Notes: a model not told the origin generated them from the sequence alone. A stretch of DNA of 64,000 nucleotides from Escherichia coli (GCF_002854065.1 NZ_CP024147.1); one strand, 5' to 3'; shown: positions 47,882 through 61,361, counted from the first letter of the stretch. Numbers and translations: made by a program.

Positions 47882-49039
47882 TTATCTTGATGTTTTAGAT
47901 ATTGCCGGTCCGGCAGCACGCAAAGTTAACTGACGCCAGAGCCATTCCACCGGCCCCTGGCGGAAGTAACGCAGCCAGATAACAGAGAAGAGGATATTCG
48001 CCAGCCATACCGGAATAACAAACGCCAGCAGCTCCAGGCGGTCAAAATGCATAAACAAACCGAGGTGGTAAAAAAGCGTGGTACAAATCAGCGTTTGCAA
48101 TAGATAGTTGGTCAGCGCCATCCGTCCGACGCAGGCGATCGCAAGCACCAGCTTAAAGCGGCTCAATTGCGGCCAGAAGCCATAAAACAGCGACGCATAG
48201 CCAATCGCCTGAAACGGCGCACTCAGTTCCCGCGGCATTTGAAGTAAGAAGGCACACCAGCGATACGCCCAGTCCAGCTGCCATTGCAGGGCGATGGCAG
48301 GAAGGTTAATGGTCACCCCAATCGCCACCAGCACAAAACCAGTACGACGATAGTGACGTAAGCTGAACTGCCCTTTCAGCCAGCCGCTGCGTATCAGCGC
48401 CGCACCAATGAGCATCATCCCTGCCAGTTGCCAGCCATACTGTGCGCCCAGTGCCAGTAAACTGTTGCCAACACCATCGGCACGATTACTGATCGCTTCA
48501 ACGCCGCCGTGAAGCTTCCAGTATTTTTCATACAAAATAGCCGATGCATCCGGCGTCCAGGCGCGGCTGGTCTGGCTGTCGGAAATCAACCCCAATAACA
48601 GCAAAACGCCAAGCCCCACCAGATAAAGCATGACGCCGGTATTAAACAGGCTTTTTACCGATGGCGCATCGCGCACCAGCCGCCAGCAGATTAAGCCCAC
48701 CAGCCCGTAAGCCAGCAGAATATCGCCGTCCCAGAACAATAAACCGTGAATAAAGCCCAGCAAGACTAACAGCGTTAAACGCGACTGGATCCAGCGTCTG
48801 CCACGGGGCAGCAACATTTGCAGGCCAGCACCAAACAGCAGCGCAAAAAGCGTGAGGAATTTCACCTGGCCGATGAGATCGAGAAATGCCCAGGTCCATG
48901 CATCCTGCGGCGTAATAGCGCCGTACCAGGCGGGATTAAGATAAGCCGCCTTTGGTAGCCCAAAGGCGCTGATGTTTAATAGCAGGATCCCCAGAATGGC
49001 GACGCCGCGAACAAAATCGAGCGTGACGTTGCGCTCCAT
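47882..49039 (-). CDS. yeiB: DUF418-family inner membrane protein
   Basis: 385-aa polytopic ORF MERNVTLDFVRGVAILGILLLNISAFGLPKAAYL... Confidence 0.8.
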   Translation of the reverse strand: MERNVTLDFVRGVAILGILLLNISAFGLPKAAYLNPAWYGAITPQDAWTWAFLDLIGQVKFLTLFALLFGAGLQMLLPRGRRWIQSRLTLLVLLGFIHGLLFWDGDILLAYGLVGLICWRLVRDAPSVKSLFNTGVMLYLVGLGVLLLLGLISDSQTSRAWTPDASAILYEKYWKLHGGVEAISNRADGVGNSLLALGAQYGWQLAGMMLIGAALIRSGWLKGQFSLRHYRRTGFVLVAIGVTINLPAIALQWQLDWAYRWCAFLLQMPRELSAPFQAIGYASLFYGFWPQLSRFKLVLAIACVGRMALTNYLLQTLICTTLFYHLGLFMHFDRLELLAFVIPVWLANILFSVIWLRYFRQGPVEWLWRQLTLRAAGPAISKTSR

Positions 49040-49055
49040 GGTTCCTGCCTTTTAA

Positions 49056-49724
49056 TCAGTTGTGATGACGCACAGCGCGCAGAAACTCGTGGCGCGTATT
49101 CTGACTGGATTTGAACAATCCACCAAGAGAGGTCGTTGTCGTGGCACTGGTTGCATCGCGGATGCCACGCGCCTTCACGCAGTAATGCACCGCGTCGATA
49201 GAGACAGCCACGTTATTGGTGCCCAGCAGCGTTTGTAGCGCAATAAGAATTTGCTGCGTCAGACGTTCCTGCACCTGCGGACGCTGGGCAAAGAACTGCA
49301 CGATACGGTTAATTTTTGACAGACCGATCACCGAATCTTTCGGGATATAAGCCACCGTCGCTTTGCCATCGATGGTAACAAAATGGTGTTCACAGGTACT
49401 GGTCAGAGTGATATCGCGCACGGTGACCATTTCATCGACCTTCATTTTGTTTTCAATGAGGGTGATTTTCGGGAAGTTGGCGTAATCCAGACCGGAGAAA
49501 ATTTCATCGACATACATTTTAGCGATGCGATGCGGCGTTTCCATCAAACTGTCATCAGCCAGGTCGAGATTCAGCAGCTGCATAATTTCGGTCATATGAC
49601 CAGCAATAAGGCTTTTGCGCGTTTCGTTATCCATTTCATGCACGGGCGGGCGCAGCGGTGTTTCCAGTCCTCGCGCAACTAACGCTTCATGAACCAGGGC
49701 CGCTTCTTTACTGAGTGATGGCAT
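49056..49724 (-). CDS. folE: GTP cyclohydrolase I
   Basis: 222-aa [54 protein letters not shown]... recognised as FolE. Confidence 0.95.
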
Positions 49725-49948
49725 TTATGATTTCTCCTGCAGGTGTGACGCCTCCGCCCTGCGTGGGGGCAAAGTTATTAAGCTGATTTACAGCCTGATT
49801 ATTGTGCGTGAGGCGGCGCACATAATCCAGTATTCACAGCGATAATTATTGTAATTGCCGCTGCCTTTCATCAGCAGATGTTAAAACATCGTTATGCAAA
49901 TACGGAAGTGAAAGTTACTCACTGCACATTGAATAAACGGTATGATGA

Positions 49949-50818
<870 letters not shown>

Positions 50819-50849
50819 AAGTCCGCCCGGTTCGCCGGGCATCTTCTCA

Positions 50850-52829
50850 TCAGAAGCGATAATCCACTGCCATAAAGTAACGACGTCCGTCTTCGTTATA
50901 GCTGTAGTCGTCACGACTGAGATCCTTGTCGCCAAGGTTCAGCACGCCTGCGCGCAGTTTGACGTCTTTAGTCACCTGCCAGGCCGCGCCGGTATTCCAG
51001 ATGGTATAACCGCCCGGTGTTTTAGCCGTCGCGCTGTCGGCTCGTTTCTGCCCGGTATAGTGACCAGAAACATAGAATGACCAGTCTTCCAGCGCCAGCG
51101 GTTTCCAGTCCAGCGTACCGTTAGCGGTATGGAACGGCAGATCGGATAGCGGTTTGTTTTCGCCGTTGCTGACATCACGACCATCGTTGTAGGTGTAGTT
51201 GAGTGACAGTTTCCATTCATCGTTGAACGGAATTTTCAGCTCGGTTTCCACGCCCTGAATACGTGCTTTGTTAACGTTGTAGTAGCTAAATACCGGCACA
51301 CCGTTCGCTGTAAAACCAACAAAGTTTTGGTAGCCCGGTGCAGCATTGACGTCAGACGTACGGCTGATGCTGATACGATCTTTCACATCGTTACGGAAAA
51401 CGGTAACGCTGGATTCAACCCCTTCCAGCCAGCCTTCTTCACCCATGTAGTAAAGCCCCAGCTCCCAACTTTCGCTGGTTTCTGGTTTCAGATCCGGGCT
51501 ACCCACAATCTTACATGCGCCACGGCAGGAATTGCTCGTCCAGTCAGGGCTAAGTTGCAACAGAGAAGGTGCTTTAAATGCCGTCGCCCAGCCCCCTTTC
51601 ACCGTTACGGTGTCGGTGGCGTTATAAACCAGGTAGGCACGCGGACTCCAGTGTTCACCGTAGGTTTCATGATCGTCCATACGCACGCCGGTCGTCAGCG
51701 CCAGCGGCTCGAAGATCCGCCATTCATCTTCCACAAACAGCGCGTACTGGCTGGCAGACGTTTTGGAGCTGGTTCCCCCGGTCAGGTTCACCGCATCGCT
51801 AAGTTTGTCGTAACGCCATTCACCGCCAACCGTGAGAAACTGATTAATCGCCGTCAGCGGCAACGTGTATTTGCCGTCGACCGTATTGCTTTCGGAAGTT
51901 ATCGGGCTGCTGTTGCCAGGGTTTTTGTTCTCGACTTTCTCACCGTAGTATTTCAGTTCGCTGGTGCCGTAATCCCAACGCCCATTATGGCTGACGGAGT
52001 AGTTCTGGCGTTCCAGGCGGTTTTTGTCCAGCGAGTCGGAATCACGATCCTGACGGTCGAAACCGTATCCGGCAGTAAAATCGTGATTTTGATTCGGTGT
52101 CCAGGCAAATTCGACATTGCCGTCGCGGCTGGAGAATCCTTCAATACGCGGCGTTTCTCCGGTATCGGTGGTCGTTGAGTTTTGCGGGTCATCCTTTTCA
52201 CGTTTTGCCAGGCTGCCGTAAGCTTTCATTCCCAGCACACCATCAATTAATGGTCCACTGGTAAAGAACTGACCGTTATAGGTATCACCGCGATCGCGAT
52301 GTTCCTGAATGGTGGTATCGACGGTAACGGTACTCGACCATTTCTGACCGATTTTTTTGGTGATGATATTCACTACACCGCCGAGCGCATCGGAACCGTA
52401 CAGCGACGACATCGGGCCACGGACCACTTCAATACGTTCGATGGAATCGACCGGGATCCAGTTCAGATCGAAATCATTGTGGCGGAAGACGGCATTGCGG
52501 GAGTTAACGCGTTTACCGTCGACAAGAATCAGGGTGTAGCTGCTGTCCAGACCACGAATACTAACGCCCTTACGGTTATCCCCTTCGTTCGTCAGTTGTA
52601 CGCCAGGCACTTCTTTGAGGACATCCTTCAGATTCTGTACCGGTTTTCGCTGCAGGTCTTCCTGGGTAATGACGCTGATACTGGCGGGTGCATCTTTAAG
52701 GTTTTGTTCAACGGAAGATGCAGTGACAACCATCGTTTCGCCATCATCATCGACCGCTAACACAGGCCATGCACAAGAAATAGCGGACAAACACAGCCCG
52801 ACCCGTACGAAAGGGTTCAACCTAAACAT
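50850..52829 (-). CDS. cirA: TonB-dependent catecholate siderophore / colicin Ia-Ib receptor
   Basis: 659-aa [41 protein letters not shown]... with TonB box and C-terminal aromatic residue (..VDYRF). Confidence 0.9.
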   Translation of the reverse strand: MFRLNPFVRVGLCLSAISCAWPVLAVDDDGETMVVTASSVEQNLKDAPASISVITQEDLQRKPVQNLKDVLKEVPGVQLTNEGDNRKGVSIRGLDSSYTLILVDGKRVNSRNAVFRHNDFDLNWIPVDSIERIEVVRGPMSSLYGSDALGGVVNIITKKIGQKWSSTVTVDTTIQEHRDRGDTYNGQFFTSGPLIDGVLGMKAYGSLAKREKDDPQNSTTTDTGETPRIEGFSSRDGNVEFAWTPNQNHDFTAGYGFDRQDRDSDSLDKNRLERQNYSVSHNGRWDYGTSELKYYGEKVENKNPGNSSPITSESNTVDGKYTLPLTAINQFLTVGGEWRYDKLSDAVNLTGGTSSKTSASQYALFVEDEWRIFEPLALTTGVRMDDHETYGEHWSPRAYLVYNATDTVTVKGGWATAFKAPSLLQLSPDWTSNSCRGACKIVGSPDLKPETSESWELGLYYMGEEGWLEGVESSVTVFRNDVKDRISISRTSDVNAAPGYQNFVGFTANGVPVFSYYNVNKARIQGVETELKIPFNDEWKLSLNYTYNDGRDVSNGENKPLSDLPFHTANGTLDWKPLALEDWSFYVSGHYTGQKRADSATAKTPGGYTIWNTGAAWQVTKDVKLRAGVLNLGDKDLSRDDYSYNEDGRRYFMAVDYRF

Positions 52830-52994
52830 TCCATATCTCCATGAGGTAACTACGAAAATAAAATGGGTTATCGCTCACATCTTCTTCACGTCCCCTTGCG
52901 TACGGCAGCATCGCGGTGGACTTATTTGTATGCAGGTGATCACCCCAGCAAGCCGGACCAGCCTCTGATTTGTCAGCCTTTTTTGATTGCGGCG

Positions 52995-53024
52995 TAACGA
53001 TAATGCAAACAATAACAATTATCA
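52995..53024 (-). promoter_or_regulatory. Fur box in the cirA promoter region
   Basis: Reverse complement tgataattgttattgtttgcattatcgtta resembles the Fur consensus GATAATGATAATCATTATC and the cirA operator as recalled. Confidence 0.6.
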
Positions 53025-53075
53025 ATCCAAATGTTAAATTTTATATCCGCATGATTTGTCAGGGAAATGGAATTG

Positions 53076-53102
53076 AAAAAGCCCTCTCGGTTGAGAGGGC
53101 TT
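53076..53102 (-). terminator. Rho-independent terminator downstream of lysP
   Basis: agccctctcggttgagagggct hairpin; on the minus strand it is followed by ttttt. Confidence 0.7.
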
Positions 53103-53120
53103 AGCAAGGAAGGGAGAAAC

Positions 53121-54590
53121 TTATTTCTTATCGTTCTGCGGGAACTTCATTTCGCTGTAGCGTACGAAGTGGGTTCCTTTAATCAGCTTGTAGCCGAACC
53201 AAATAATCAGGAACAGCGGGATACCAATATACGTTGCCGCTACGCCGCCCCAGTCAATGGTATCTTTCAGGAATGCTTCGTAGTTCTGGCCCAAAGTGAT
53301 AATCAGACACAGAATGAATGCGAAGATCGGACCCAGTGGGAAGAAACCTGAACGGTACGGCAGATCGTTAATGTCGTGTCCCTGCAATACGTAACCGCGA
53401 CGGAAGCGATAGTGGCTAATGGCAATCCCCAGCCAGGCGATAAAACCGGTCATCCCGGAGGTGTTCAGCAGCCACAGGTATACCGTCTGGTTGCCAAACA
53501 TGGAGGTCAGGAAGCACAGACCGGCAATCGCCGTCGTCGCATACAGCGCATTACGCGGCACGCCACCACGCGACAGTTTAGCGAAAATGCGCGGCGCTTT
53601 ACCGTCACACGCCAGGGTGTACAGCATACGAGTAGACGCATACATACCGGAGTTACCCGCTGACAGCACCGCCGTCAGAATAACTGCGTTCATCACCGCC
53701 GCCGCAGAGAGCAGACCCGCGTGCTGGAACACCAGGGTGAACGGACTAACGCTGATGTCTTTAACATCGTTACGCAGCAGGCTCGGATCGGTGTACGGAA
53801 TAATCAGGCTGATAATCAGGATCGCGAACACATAGAACAACAGGATTCGCCAGAACACCTGACGTACCGCGCGTGGAATGTTTTTCGCCGGATCTTCGGA
53901 CTCGCCTGCAGCAATACCGATCAGCTCGGTTCCCTGGAAAGAGAAGCCGACAATCATAGCTACGCCGATCATCGCCGCAAAACCACCAGCAAACGGCGCT
54001 TCGCCGATTGTCCAGTTGCTCCAGCCCGCAGGCTGCGCGCCTTTGAAGATACCGATAATCATCAGCACGCCAACGATGATAAAGACAATAACTGTCGTGA
54101 CTTTGATCAGTGAGAACCAGTATTCCGCTTCACCAAAGCCGCGAACAGAGATGTAGTTCAGCAGGAAGATAACGCCGAGGAACAACGCACTCCAGATCCA
54201 GCCCGGTGTATCCGGGAACCACCAGCTCATGACCAGCTGAGCTGCAACCAGATCAACGGCAATAGTCACCGCCCAGTTGTACCAGTAGTTCCAGCCCAGC
54301 GCGAAGCCAAAGCCCTCTTCAACATAGTTCTGACCGTAAGTGGCAAACGAACCGGAAACCGGCATATATGCAGCCAGTTCACCGAGACTGGTCATCAGGA
54401 AGTAAACCATCAGGCCAATCAGCATATACGAGAGCAATGCCCCGCCCGGACCTGCCTGAGAAATCGTTGCGCCAGAGGCAACAAAAAGACCTGTACCGAT
54501 GGAACCGCCAATGGCAATCATCGTCAGGTGACGCGCCTTTAATTCACGGCGTAAGCCCGGCGCTTCTGTGGTTTTAGTTTCGGAAACCAT
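53121..54590 (-). CDS. lysP: Lysine-specific permease (APC family)
   Basis: 489-aa ORF MVSETKTTEAPGLRRELKARHLTMIAIGGSIGTGLFVASGA... Confidence 0.95.
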   Translation of the reverse strand: MVSETKTTEAPGLRRELKARHLTMIAIGGSIGTGLFVASGATISQAGPGGALLSYMLIGLMVYFLMTSLGELAAYMPVSGSFATYGQNYVEEGFGFALGWNYWYNWAVTIAVDLVAAQLVMSWWFPDTPGWIWSALFLGVIFLLNYISVRGFGEAEYWFSLIKVTTVIVFIIVGVLMIIGIFKGAQPAGWSNWTIGEAPFAGGFAAMIGVAMIVGFSFQGTELIGIAAGESEDPAKNIPRAVRQVFWRILLFYVFAILIISLIIPYTDPSLLRNDVKDISVSPFTLVFQHAGLLSAAAVMNAVILTAVLSAGNSGMYASTRMLYTLACDGKAPRIFAKLSRGGVPRNALYATTAIAGLCFLTSMFGNQTVYLWLLNTSGMTGFIAWLGIAISHYRFRRGYVLQGHDINDLPYRSGFFPLGPIFAFILCLIITLGQNYEAFLKDTIDWGGVAATYIGIPLFLIIWFGYKLIKGTHFVRYSEMKFPQNDKK

Positions 54591-54794
54591 ACAAAAATGC
54601 TATCCATCTAAAAAATGAGGCGCGATTGTAGCAGACGATTGGCAATCCTTCCGGCAGAAATACACGGTTATAAGACACCTTCATGATCGCCCAGGGATTA
54701 TAAGTAAAGCAGCCAATCTCTTTTCTGGCGAATGCATGCTGAAGGCGCTGCGTCACGAAATCGACACAGCACCAGCATGTTCTTGTACAGCAAC

Positions 54795-55676
54795 TTAACG
54801 CGGCACATTTGCGGGATCGCAATAGTCCAGAAAGCGCCGTAGCGCGTTGGAAAGGTGTTTTTGCCGATGATGTATACGCCACAACGTACGCATCAGGCGC
54901 GGCAGAGGGACCGCAACTTCACTTAATGTGCCTGCCTGCAATTGGTCTTCAATCACCCGTCGCGACAGGCAACTAATTCCCAACCCATGACGCACCGCAT
55001 GTTTGATTGCCTCGGAGTTACCTAATTCCATCGCCATCTCAAACTTCGGTAAATGTGACAGCAACAGATAATCGACAATCTCCCGCGTGCCGGAACCGCG
55101 TTCACGCAGGATCCACGGCGCAGCGGCCAGCTGTTCTAAGGTGACCGGACCACGGGCCAACGGCGAAGTCGGCGCGGCGAAAACCACCAGCTCGTCTTCC
55201 AGCCACGGTTCAGAAATGATTTCAGTGCTGTGGCACGGTCCTTCAATAAAGCCAATATCAACGCGGAAATCCAGCACCGCTTGCATCACGTCCTGGCTGT
55301 TCCCAACGCTAAGTTCAATCGGCAACTGTGGATAATCATGGCGATAACGGGCGATAACTGCAGGCAGAATGTAGTTACCGATGGTACTACTGGCATAGAT
55401 ACGAATCGCGCCGTTGTCTTCGCGAAACAGTTGTTCGATTTCAACCGCCTGTTCAAGCAATGCCAACGCACGCGGATAGAGCAGCCGCCCGTGTTCATTA
55501 ACAACCAGTCTTTTCCCCACGCGATCAAACAGTTGCACGCCAAGCTGCCCTTCCAGGTCGGTCAAGGCTGCGCTCACTGCTGATTGCGACAACGCCAGCA
55601 TCACCGACGCCTGGGTGGTTGATCCACTTTTCAATACTTCTGCAAAAACTTCCAACTGCCGGAGGGTGATGTGCAT
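54795..55676 (-). CDS. yeiE: LysR-family transcriptional regulator
   Basis: 293-aa [45 protein letters not shown]... with LysR HTH; divergent from yeiH. Confidence 0.85.
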
Positions 55677-55774
55677 AGTCGCTTACCACTTATAAAGATT
55701 AATTATAAATATATAATCAATTTTATTTTTAAACCAGTTAGTCGTAACCTTATGCCCGGTTAAAGGAGAGGGTT

Positions 55775-56824
55775 ATGACGAATATCACCTTACAGAAACA
55801 ACATCGTACACTGTGGCATTTTATTCCGGGGTTAGCCCTGAGTGCAGTTATCACCGGGGTCGCCCTGTGGGGTGGTTCCATTCCCGCGGTTGCGGGTGCC
55901 GGGTTTAGTGCCCTCACCCTCGCAATCTTGTTGGGGATGGTTTTAGGCAACACCATCTATCCGCACATCTGGAAAAGCTGTGACGGTGGTGTGCTGTTTG
56001 CCAAGCAATATTTATTACGTCTGGGTATCATTCTTTATGGCTTCCGTCTGACGTTCTCGCAAATTGCCGATGTCGGTATCAGTGGGATCATCATTGACGT
56101 GTTGACGCTGTCCAGTACCTTCCTGCTGGCTTGCTTCCTGGGGCAGAAAGTGTTTGGTCTGGATAAGCACACCAGCTGGTTGATCGGTGCCGGTAGCAGT
56201 ATCTGTGGTGCTGCCGCGGTACTGGCGACTGAGCCGGTAGTGAAAGCGGAAGCCAGTAAAGTAACCGTGGCTGTTGCAACCGTTGTTATCTTCGGGACCG
56301 TCGCGATTTTCCTCTACCCGGCGATATATCCGCTGATGTCTCAATGGTTTAGTCCGGAAACTTTCGGTATCTACATTGGTTCTACTGTGCACGAAGTGGC
56401 GCAGGTGGTGGCGGCAGGTCATGCCATCAGCCCGGATGCGGAAAACGCAGCAGTTATTTCCAAAATGCTGCGCGTGATGATGCTGGCTCCGTTCCTCATC
56501 CTGCTGGCGGCGCGTGTTAAACAGCTGTCTGGGGCGAACAGCGGCGAGAAAAGCAAAATCACTATTCCGTGGTTTGCTATCTTGTTCATCGTAGTTGCCA
56601 TCTTTAACTCGTTCCACCTGTTACCGCAGAGCGTGGTGAACATGCTGGTAACGCTGGATACCTTCCTGCTGGCAATGGCGATGGCGGCGCTGGGTCTGAC
56701 CACTCACGTCAGCGCGCTGAAAAAAGCTGGGGCGAAACCTCTGCTGATGGCACTGGTACTGTTTGCCTGGCTGATTGTTGGTGGTGGTGCGATTAACTAT
56801 GTGATTCAAAGCGTCATCGCATAA
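55775..56824 (+). CDS. yeiH: UPF0324-family inner membrane protein
   Basis: 349-aa polytopic [36 protein letters not shown]... Confidence 0.85.
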
Positions 56825-56897
56825 ACCACTACATCTTGCTCCTGTTAACCCGCTATCATTACCGTTTTCCTCCAGCGGGTTTAACAGGAGTCCTCGC

Positions 56898-57755
56898 ATG
56901 AAATACATTGGAGCGCACGTTAGTGCTGCTGGCGGTCTGGCAAATGCCGCAATTCGCGCCGCCGAAATCGACGCAACCGCGTTTGCCTTGTTCACCAAAA
57001 ACCAACGTCAGTGGCGTGCCGCACCGCTCACGACGCAAACCATCGATGAATTCAAAGCCGCCTGTGAAAAATATCACTACACATCGGCGCAAATTCTTCC
57101 CCACGACAGTTATCTGATTAACCTCGGACATCCGGTCACTGAAGCTCTGGAAAAATCGCGCGATGCCTTTATAGATGAAATGCAGCGTTGCGAACAGTTG
57201 GGGCTTTCTTTGCTCAACTTCCACCCTGGCAGCCATCTGATGCAGATTTCAGAAGAGGATTGCCTTGCGCGTATTGCCGAATCCATCAACATTGCGCTGG
57301 ATAAAACTCAAGGTGTGACAGCGGTGATAGAAAACACCGCCGGTCAGGGCAGTAACTTAGGGTTTAAATTCGAACATCTCGCGGCGATTATCGACGGCGT
57401 GGAAGATAAATCCCGCGTCGGCGTCTGCATTGATACCTGCCATGCTTTCGCTGCCGGGTATGATTTGCGTACTCCAGCCGAATGCGAGAAAACATTCGCG
57501 GATTTTGCCCGTACTGTCGGCTTTAAATATCTGCGCGGGATGCACCTTAACGATGCGAAAAGCACCTTTGGCAGCCGCGTTGACCGCCATCATAGCCTCG
57601 GTGAAGGCAATATCGGTCATGATGCGTTCCGCTGGATCATGCAGGACGACCGTTTCGACGGCATTCCGCTGATCCTTGAAACCATCAACCCGGATATCTG
57701 GGCAGAAGAGATCGCCTGGCTGAAAGCGCAACAAACTGAAAAAGCGGTAGCCTGA
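56898..57755 (+). CDS. nfo: Endonuclease IV (AP endonuclease)
   Basis: 285-aa [42 protein letters not shown]... recognised as Nfo. Confidence 0.95.
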
Positions 57756-57757
57756 AG

Positions 57758-58846
57758 ATGAATAACCGGGAAAAGGAGATCCTTGCAATTTTACGGCGTA
57801 ACCCGCTGATTCAGCAGAACGAAATTGCGGACATGCTGCAAATCAGCCGTTCGCGCGTTGCGGCGCATATTATGGATTTAATGCGCAAAGGCCGGATTAA
57901 AGGCAAAGGTTACATTCTCACCGAGCAGGAATACTGCGTAGTGGTGGGGACAATCAATATGGATATTCGCGGGATGGCGGATATCCGTTACCCGCAATCG
58001 GCTTCTCATCCCGGTACAATTCATTGCTCAGCGGGCGGCGTGGGACGCAACATCGCCCACAATCTGGCGCTGTTAGGCCGTGACGTCCATTTGCTTTCAG
58101 TGATTGGCGATGACTTTTATGGCGAAATGCTCCTGGAAGAAACGCGCCGCGCCGGCGTGAATGTCTCCGGCTGCGTTCGTTTACATGGTCAAAGCACATC
58201 GACGTATCTGGCAATTGCCAATCGAGACGATGAAACCGTGCTGGCGATTAACGATACCCATCTGCTGGAACAGTTGACACCGCAACTACTGAACGGGTCG
58301 CGCGATTTACTTCGTCATGCGGGCGTGGTACTGGCTGATTGCAACCTGACAGCCGAGGCGCTGGAATGGGTCTTTACCCTCGCTGGTGAGATCCCGGTGT
58401 TTGTCGATACCGTTTCAGAATTCAAAGCGGGCAAAATCAAACACTGGCTGGCGCATATTCACACCCTGAAACCCACTTTACCGGAGCTGGAAATTTTATG
58501 GGGACAGGCGATCACCAGCGATGCTGACCGTAATGCTGCAGTGAATGCGTTGCATCAGCAAGGTGTTCAGCAACTGTTTGTTTATTTGCCCGATGAGTCA
58601 GTTTATTGCAGCGAAAAGGATGGAGAACAATTTTTGCTGACCGCACCAGCGCATACGACAGTAGACAGTTTTGGTGCTGACGATGGTTTTATGGCGGGCC
58701 TGGTGTATAGCTTTCTGGAAGGAAGCAGTTTCCTTGATAGCGCCCGTTTTGCGATGGCCTGCGCGGCAATTTCGCGCGCCAGCGGCAGCTTAAACAACCC
58801 TACCCTGTCTGCCGATAACGCGCTTTCATTAGTGTCAATGGTGTAA
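57758..58846 (+). CDS. yeiI: Uncharacterised PfkB-family kinase with N-terminal helix-turn-helix domain
   Basis: 362-aa ORF; N-terminus MNNREKEILAILRRNPLIQQNEIADMLQISRSRVAAHIMDLMRKG looks HTH-like; remainder ribokinase-like with DxxGAGD-type motif (FGADDGF). Confidence 0.8.
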   Translation: MNNREKEILAILRRNPLIQQNEIADMLQISRSRVAAHIMDLMRKGRIKGKGYILTEQEYCVVVGTINMDIRGMADIRYPQSASHPGTIHCSAGGVGRNIAHNLALLGRDVHLLSVIGDDFYGEMLLEETRRAGVNVSGCVRLHGQSTSTYLAIANRDDETVLAINDTHLLEQLTPQLLNGSRDLLRHAGVVLADCNLTAEALEWVFTLAGEIPVFVDTVSEFKAGKIKHWLAHIHTLKPTLPELEILWGQAITSDADRNAAVNALHQQGVQQLFVYLPDESVYCSEKDGEQFLLTAPAHTTVDSFGADDGFMAGLVYSFLEGSSFLDSARFAMACAAISRASGSLNNPTLSADNALSLVSMV

Positions 58847-58901
58847 CAATGTTGCCGGATTCGACGCTTGACCGCATCTTATCCGGCTCATAAATCGCAC
58901 A

Positions 58902-60152
58902 CTACGCTAAACCAATAAAGAACCCGGCAATGGTGGCACTCATCAGATTAGAAAGTGTCGCCGCCGCCAGCGCGCGTAAACCAAGCTGGGCGATTTCCGG
59001 CGCACGGTGTGGCGCAACCGCAGAAAACGCCCCCACCACCACCCCGATAGAACCAAAGTTAGCGAAACCGCACAACGCGAAGGAAATAATCGCCACGGTT
59101 TTTGCATCGAGAGTGCCAGCTGTTTGCAGATAGGGTGAGAAATTGAGATAAGCGACAAATTCATTTATTGCCAGTTTCTGTCCAATCAAACTCCCGGCAA
59201 GATTCGCATCAGTCCAGTCAACACCCATTACCCACGCCAGTGGGGCCAGCAGGTAACCTAAAATGGACTCCAGCGAGGCATGTTCAAAACCAAACCAGCC
59301 GCCAACGCCGCCGATAATACCGTTAATTAACGCAATGATGGCAACAAATGCCATCACCACTGTTGCCACACCCGCAGCGATTTTCAGCCCGGTCATCGCC
59401 CCTGTCGCGGCGGCTTCAATAATGCTTTTTGGCGGTGTTTCGGTGAAAGAGAGGTTATTAAAAGAAACCTGCGAAGATTCCGTAGCCGGGCTTAGCATGC
59501 GGGCAAACAAGATCCCGCCGGGGATCGCCATTAACGATGCCGCCAGCAAATATTCCACAGGCACGCCCAGTGCGGCGTAACCAATCATCGTCGAACCAGC
59601 AATTGAGGCCATGCCACTACAAATCGCTGTAAATAACTCATTGCGATTCAGCCGATCGATAAAGGGTTTGACGATTGCCGGAATTTCGTTTTGCCCGAGG
59701 AAAATGGTAGTGACCGCGACGAATGACTCGATCTTGCTGATATTTAACGCTTTCTGGAAGATACCGCCGAGAATGCGAATTAAGATCCCCATCACACCGA
59801 TGTAATAGAGAATACTCACCAGCGCGGTGACGAAGATAATTGCCGGTAACACCCTGAAACCAAAGATAAATCCTGCGCCATCAAACAGCGTGTCCATTTT
59901 CGGCCCGACCAGCGAACCGAAGATAAATGCGCTACCTGCATCGCTGTACGCCATCACTTTATGCACGCCAAAAGCGACTTTTTCAGCGACCCAACGCCCT
60001 GGCGGTAACCAAAGCATAATCCCGCCAATCACAACCTGTAACACTAACGCCGCGCCAACGGTACGCAGGCTGATCTTCTTCTTGTTTACTGACAGTAAAA
60101 ACGCAATCGTCAGCAATACCACCATTCCCAGAACACTTCTCATGACATCCAT
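58902..60152 (-). CDS. nupX: NupC-family concentrative nucleoside transporter
   Basis: 416-aa polytopic ORF MDVMRSVLGMVVLLTIAFLLSVNKKKISLRTVGAAL...; paralogue of psuT in this window. Confidence 0.9.
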   Translation of the reverse strand: MDVMRSVLGMVVLLTIAFLLSVNKKKISLRTVGAALVLQVVIGGIMLWLPPGRWVAEKVAFGVHKVMAYSDAGSAFIFGSLVGPKMDTLFDGAGFIFGFRVLPAIIFVTALVSILYYIGVMGILIRILGGIFQKALNISKIESFVAVTTIFLGQNEIPAIVKPFIDRLNRNELFTAICSGMASIAGSTMIGYAALGVPVEYLLAASLMAIPGGILFARMLSPATESSQVSFNNLSFTETPPKSIIEAAATGAMTGLKIAAGVATVVMAFVAIIALINGIIGGVGGWFGFEHASLESILGYLLAPLAWVMGVDWTDANLAGSLIGQKLAINEFVAYLNFSPYLQTAGTLDAKTVAIISFALCGFANFGSIGVVVGAFSAVAPHRAPEIAQLGLRALAAATLSNLMSATIAGFFIGLA

Positions 60153-60251
60153 AGTTATTATCTCTTCATGTCATATTGGGCGACGGCTTTCTGCCCCTCA
60201 GAAATAGCCGGGCCTGCATCTTGCGATACTGACCCGGCTTGTTATCAACAC

Positions 60252-61193
60252 TTAATGGGTTTTGATGTAGCCGCGCACGCACTCTTCGACTAAGCCCCAG
60301 AACCAGTCGGTATCAATAGTGATGCCGACTTTGGTATTAGCGGGCTTGCCAAGAACGCCCAGCTCGTCGCAGATGGTACGCCCATAGCAAGGGCCACTGT
60401 TGACGTCCACTTCGACGTACATCTCCTGGGTTTTAATGCCATCAGGGTTAATCAGATAACCGATGCAGGTGGCGTCGTGCACCGGGCCGCCAGCCAGCCC
60501 GTAGTTTTCGAACTGGGTTTTGAGAGTGAAGTTCATGATGTCGCTGAACAGTTCTCCGGCAGGGCCGCCTGCCCTTTCCATCCGAGCAATCACATCCGGG
60601 GTGCAAACGGTCTGGTTGGTGAGATCGAGGCCCATCATTACTAATGGAACGCCGGAGGTGAACACCACACGCGCCGCTTCCGGGTCAGCAAAGATGTTGA
60701 ACTCGGCAGATGGGGTGAAGTTGCCAGTACCGTAAGCGCCGCCCATTAGCACAATTTCACGGATTTTCGGCAGGATTGCGGGTTGCATACGCATTGCCAC
60801 CGCGATATTTGACAACGGACCAACCGGCACCAGAGTGATATCGCCATCGCTTGCCATCAGGGTATCAATGATGTATTTCACCGCGTGGGTACTTTCTGCC
60901 TGGCGGGTCAGCGGCTCGAATACCGGGCCATCCAGTCCGGTTTCACCGTGAATATTATCGGCAACGATTTGTTGACGCATAATGGGTTGCGGCATCCCCG
61001 CATAAACCGGAACATTAATCTCCAGTTTCTGGCAAACATTCAGGCCATTAATTAATGTTTTATCAAGCGTCTGATTACCCGCAACAATGGTGATACCTAA
61101 TAAATCAATCGCCGGATGTTTCGCCGCCATCATTATAGCAATAGCATCATCATGACCCGGATCACAATCCAGAATAATTTTTCTCTTTTCCAT
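60252..61193 (-). CDS. rihB: Pyrimidine-specific ribonucleoside hydrolase
   Basis: 313-aa [26 protein letters not shown]... with the nucleoside hydrolase DxDxxxDD motif. Confidence 0.9.
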   Translation of the reverse strand: MEKRKIILDCDPGHDDAIAIMMAAKHPAIDLLGITIVAGNQTLDKTLINGLNVCQKLEINVPVYAGMPQPIMRQQIVADNIHGETGLDGPVFEPLTRQAESTHAVKYIIDTLMASDGDITLVPVGPLSNIAVAMRMQPAILPKIREIVLMGGAYGTGNFTPSAEFNIFADPEAARVVFTSGVPLVMMGLDLTNQTVCTPDVIARMERAGGPAGELFSDIMNFTLKTQFENYGLAGGPVHDATCIGYLINPDGIKTQEMYVEVDVNSGPCYGRTICDELGVLGKPANTKVGITIDTDWFWGLVEECVRGYIKTH

Positions 61194-61361
61194 TGTTTAT
61201 TTCCTCTGTTTCCAGTTGCGTTATTTTTTCTACAGCAAAGAAATTTCGATCGGGCCGATGATTGAATCTTAACAACAGCGTACGTATGCTAAATATGAGA
61301 AATCTCATAGCGGATAAACATCGTGAAAGAAATCCACAATAATGATCTTAAGCTGCAATTG

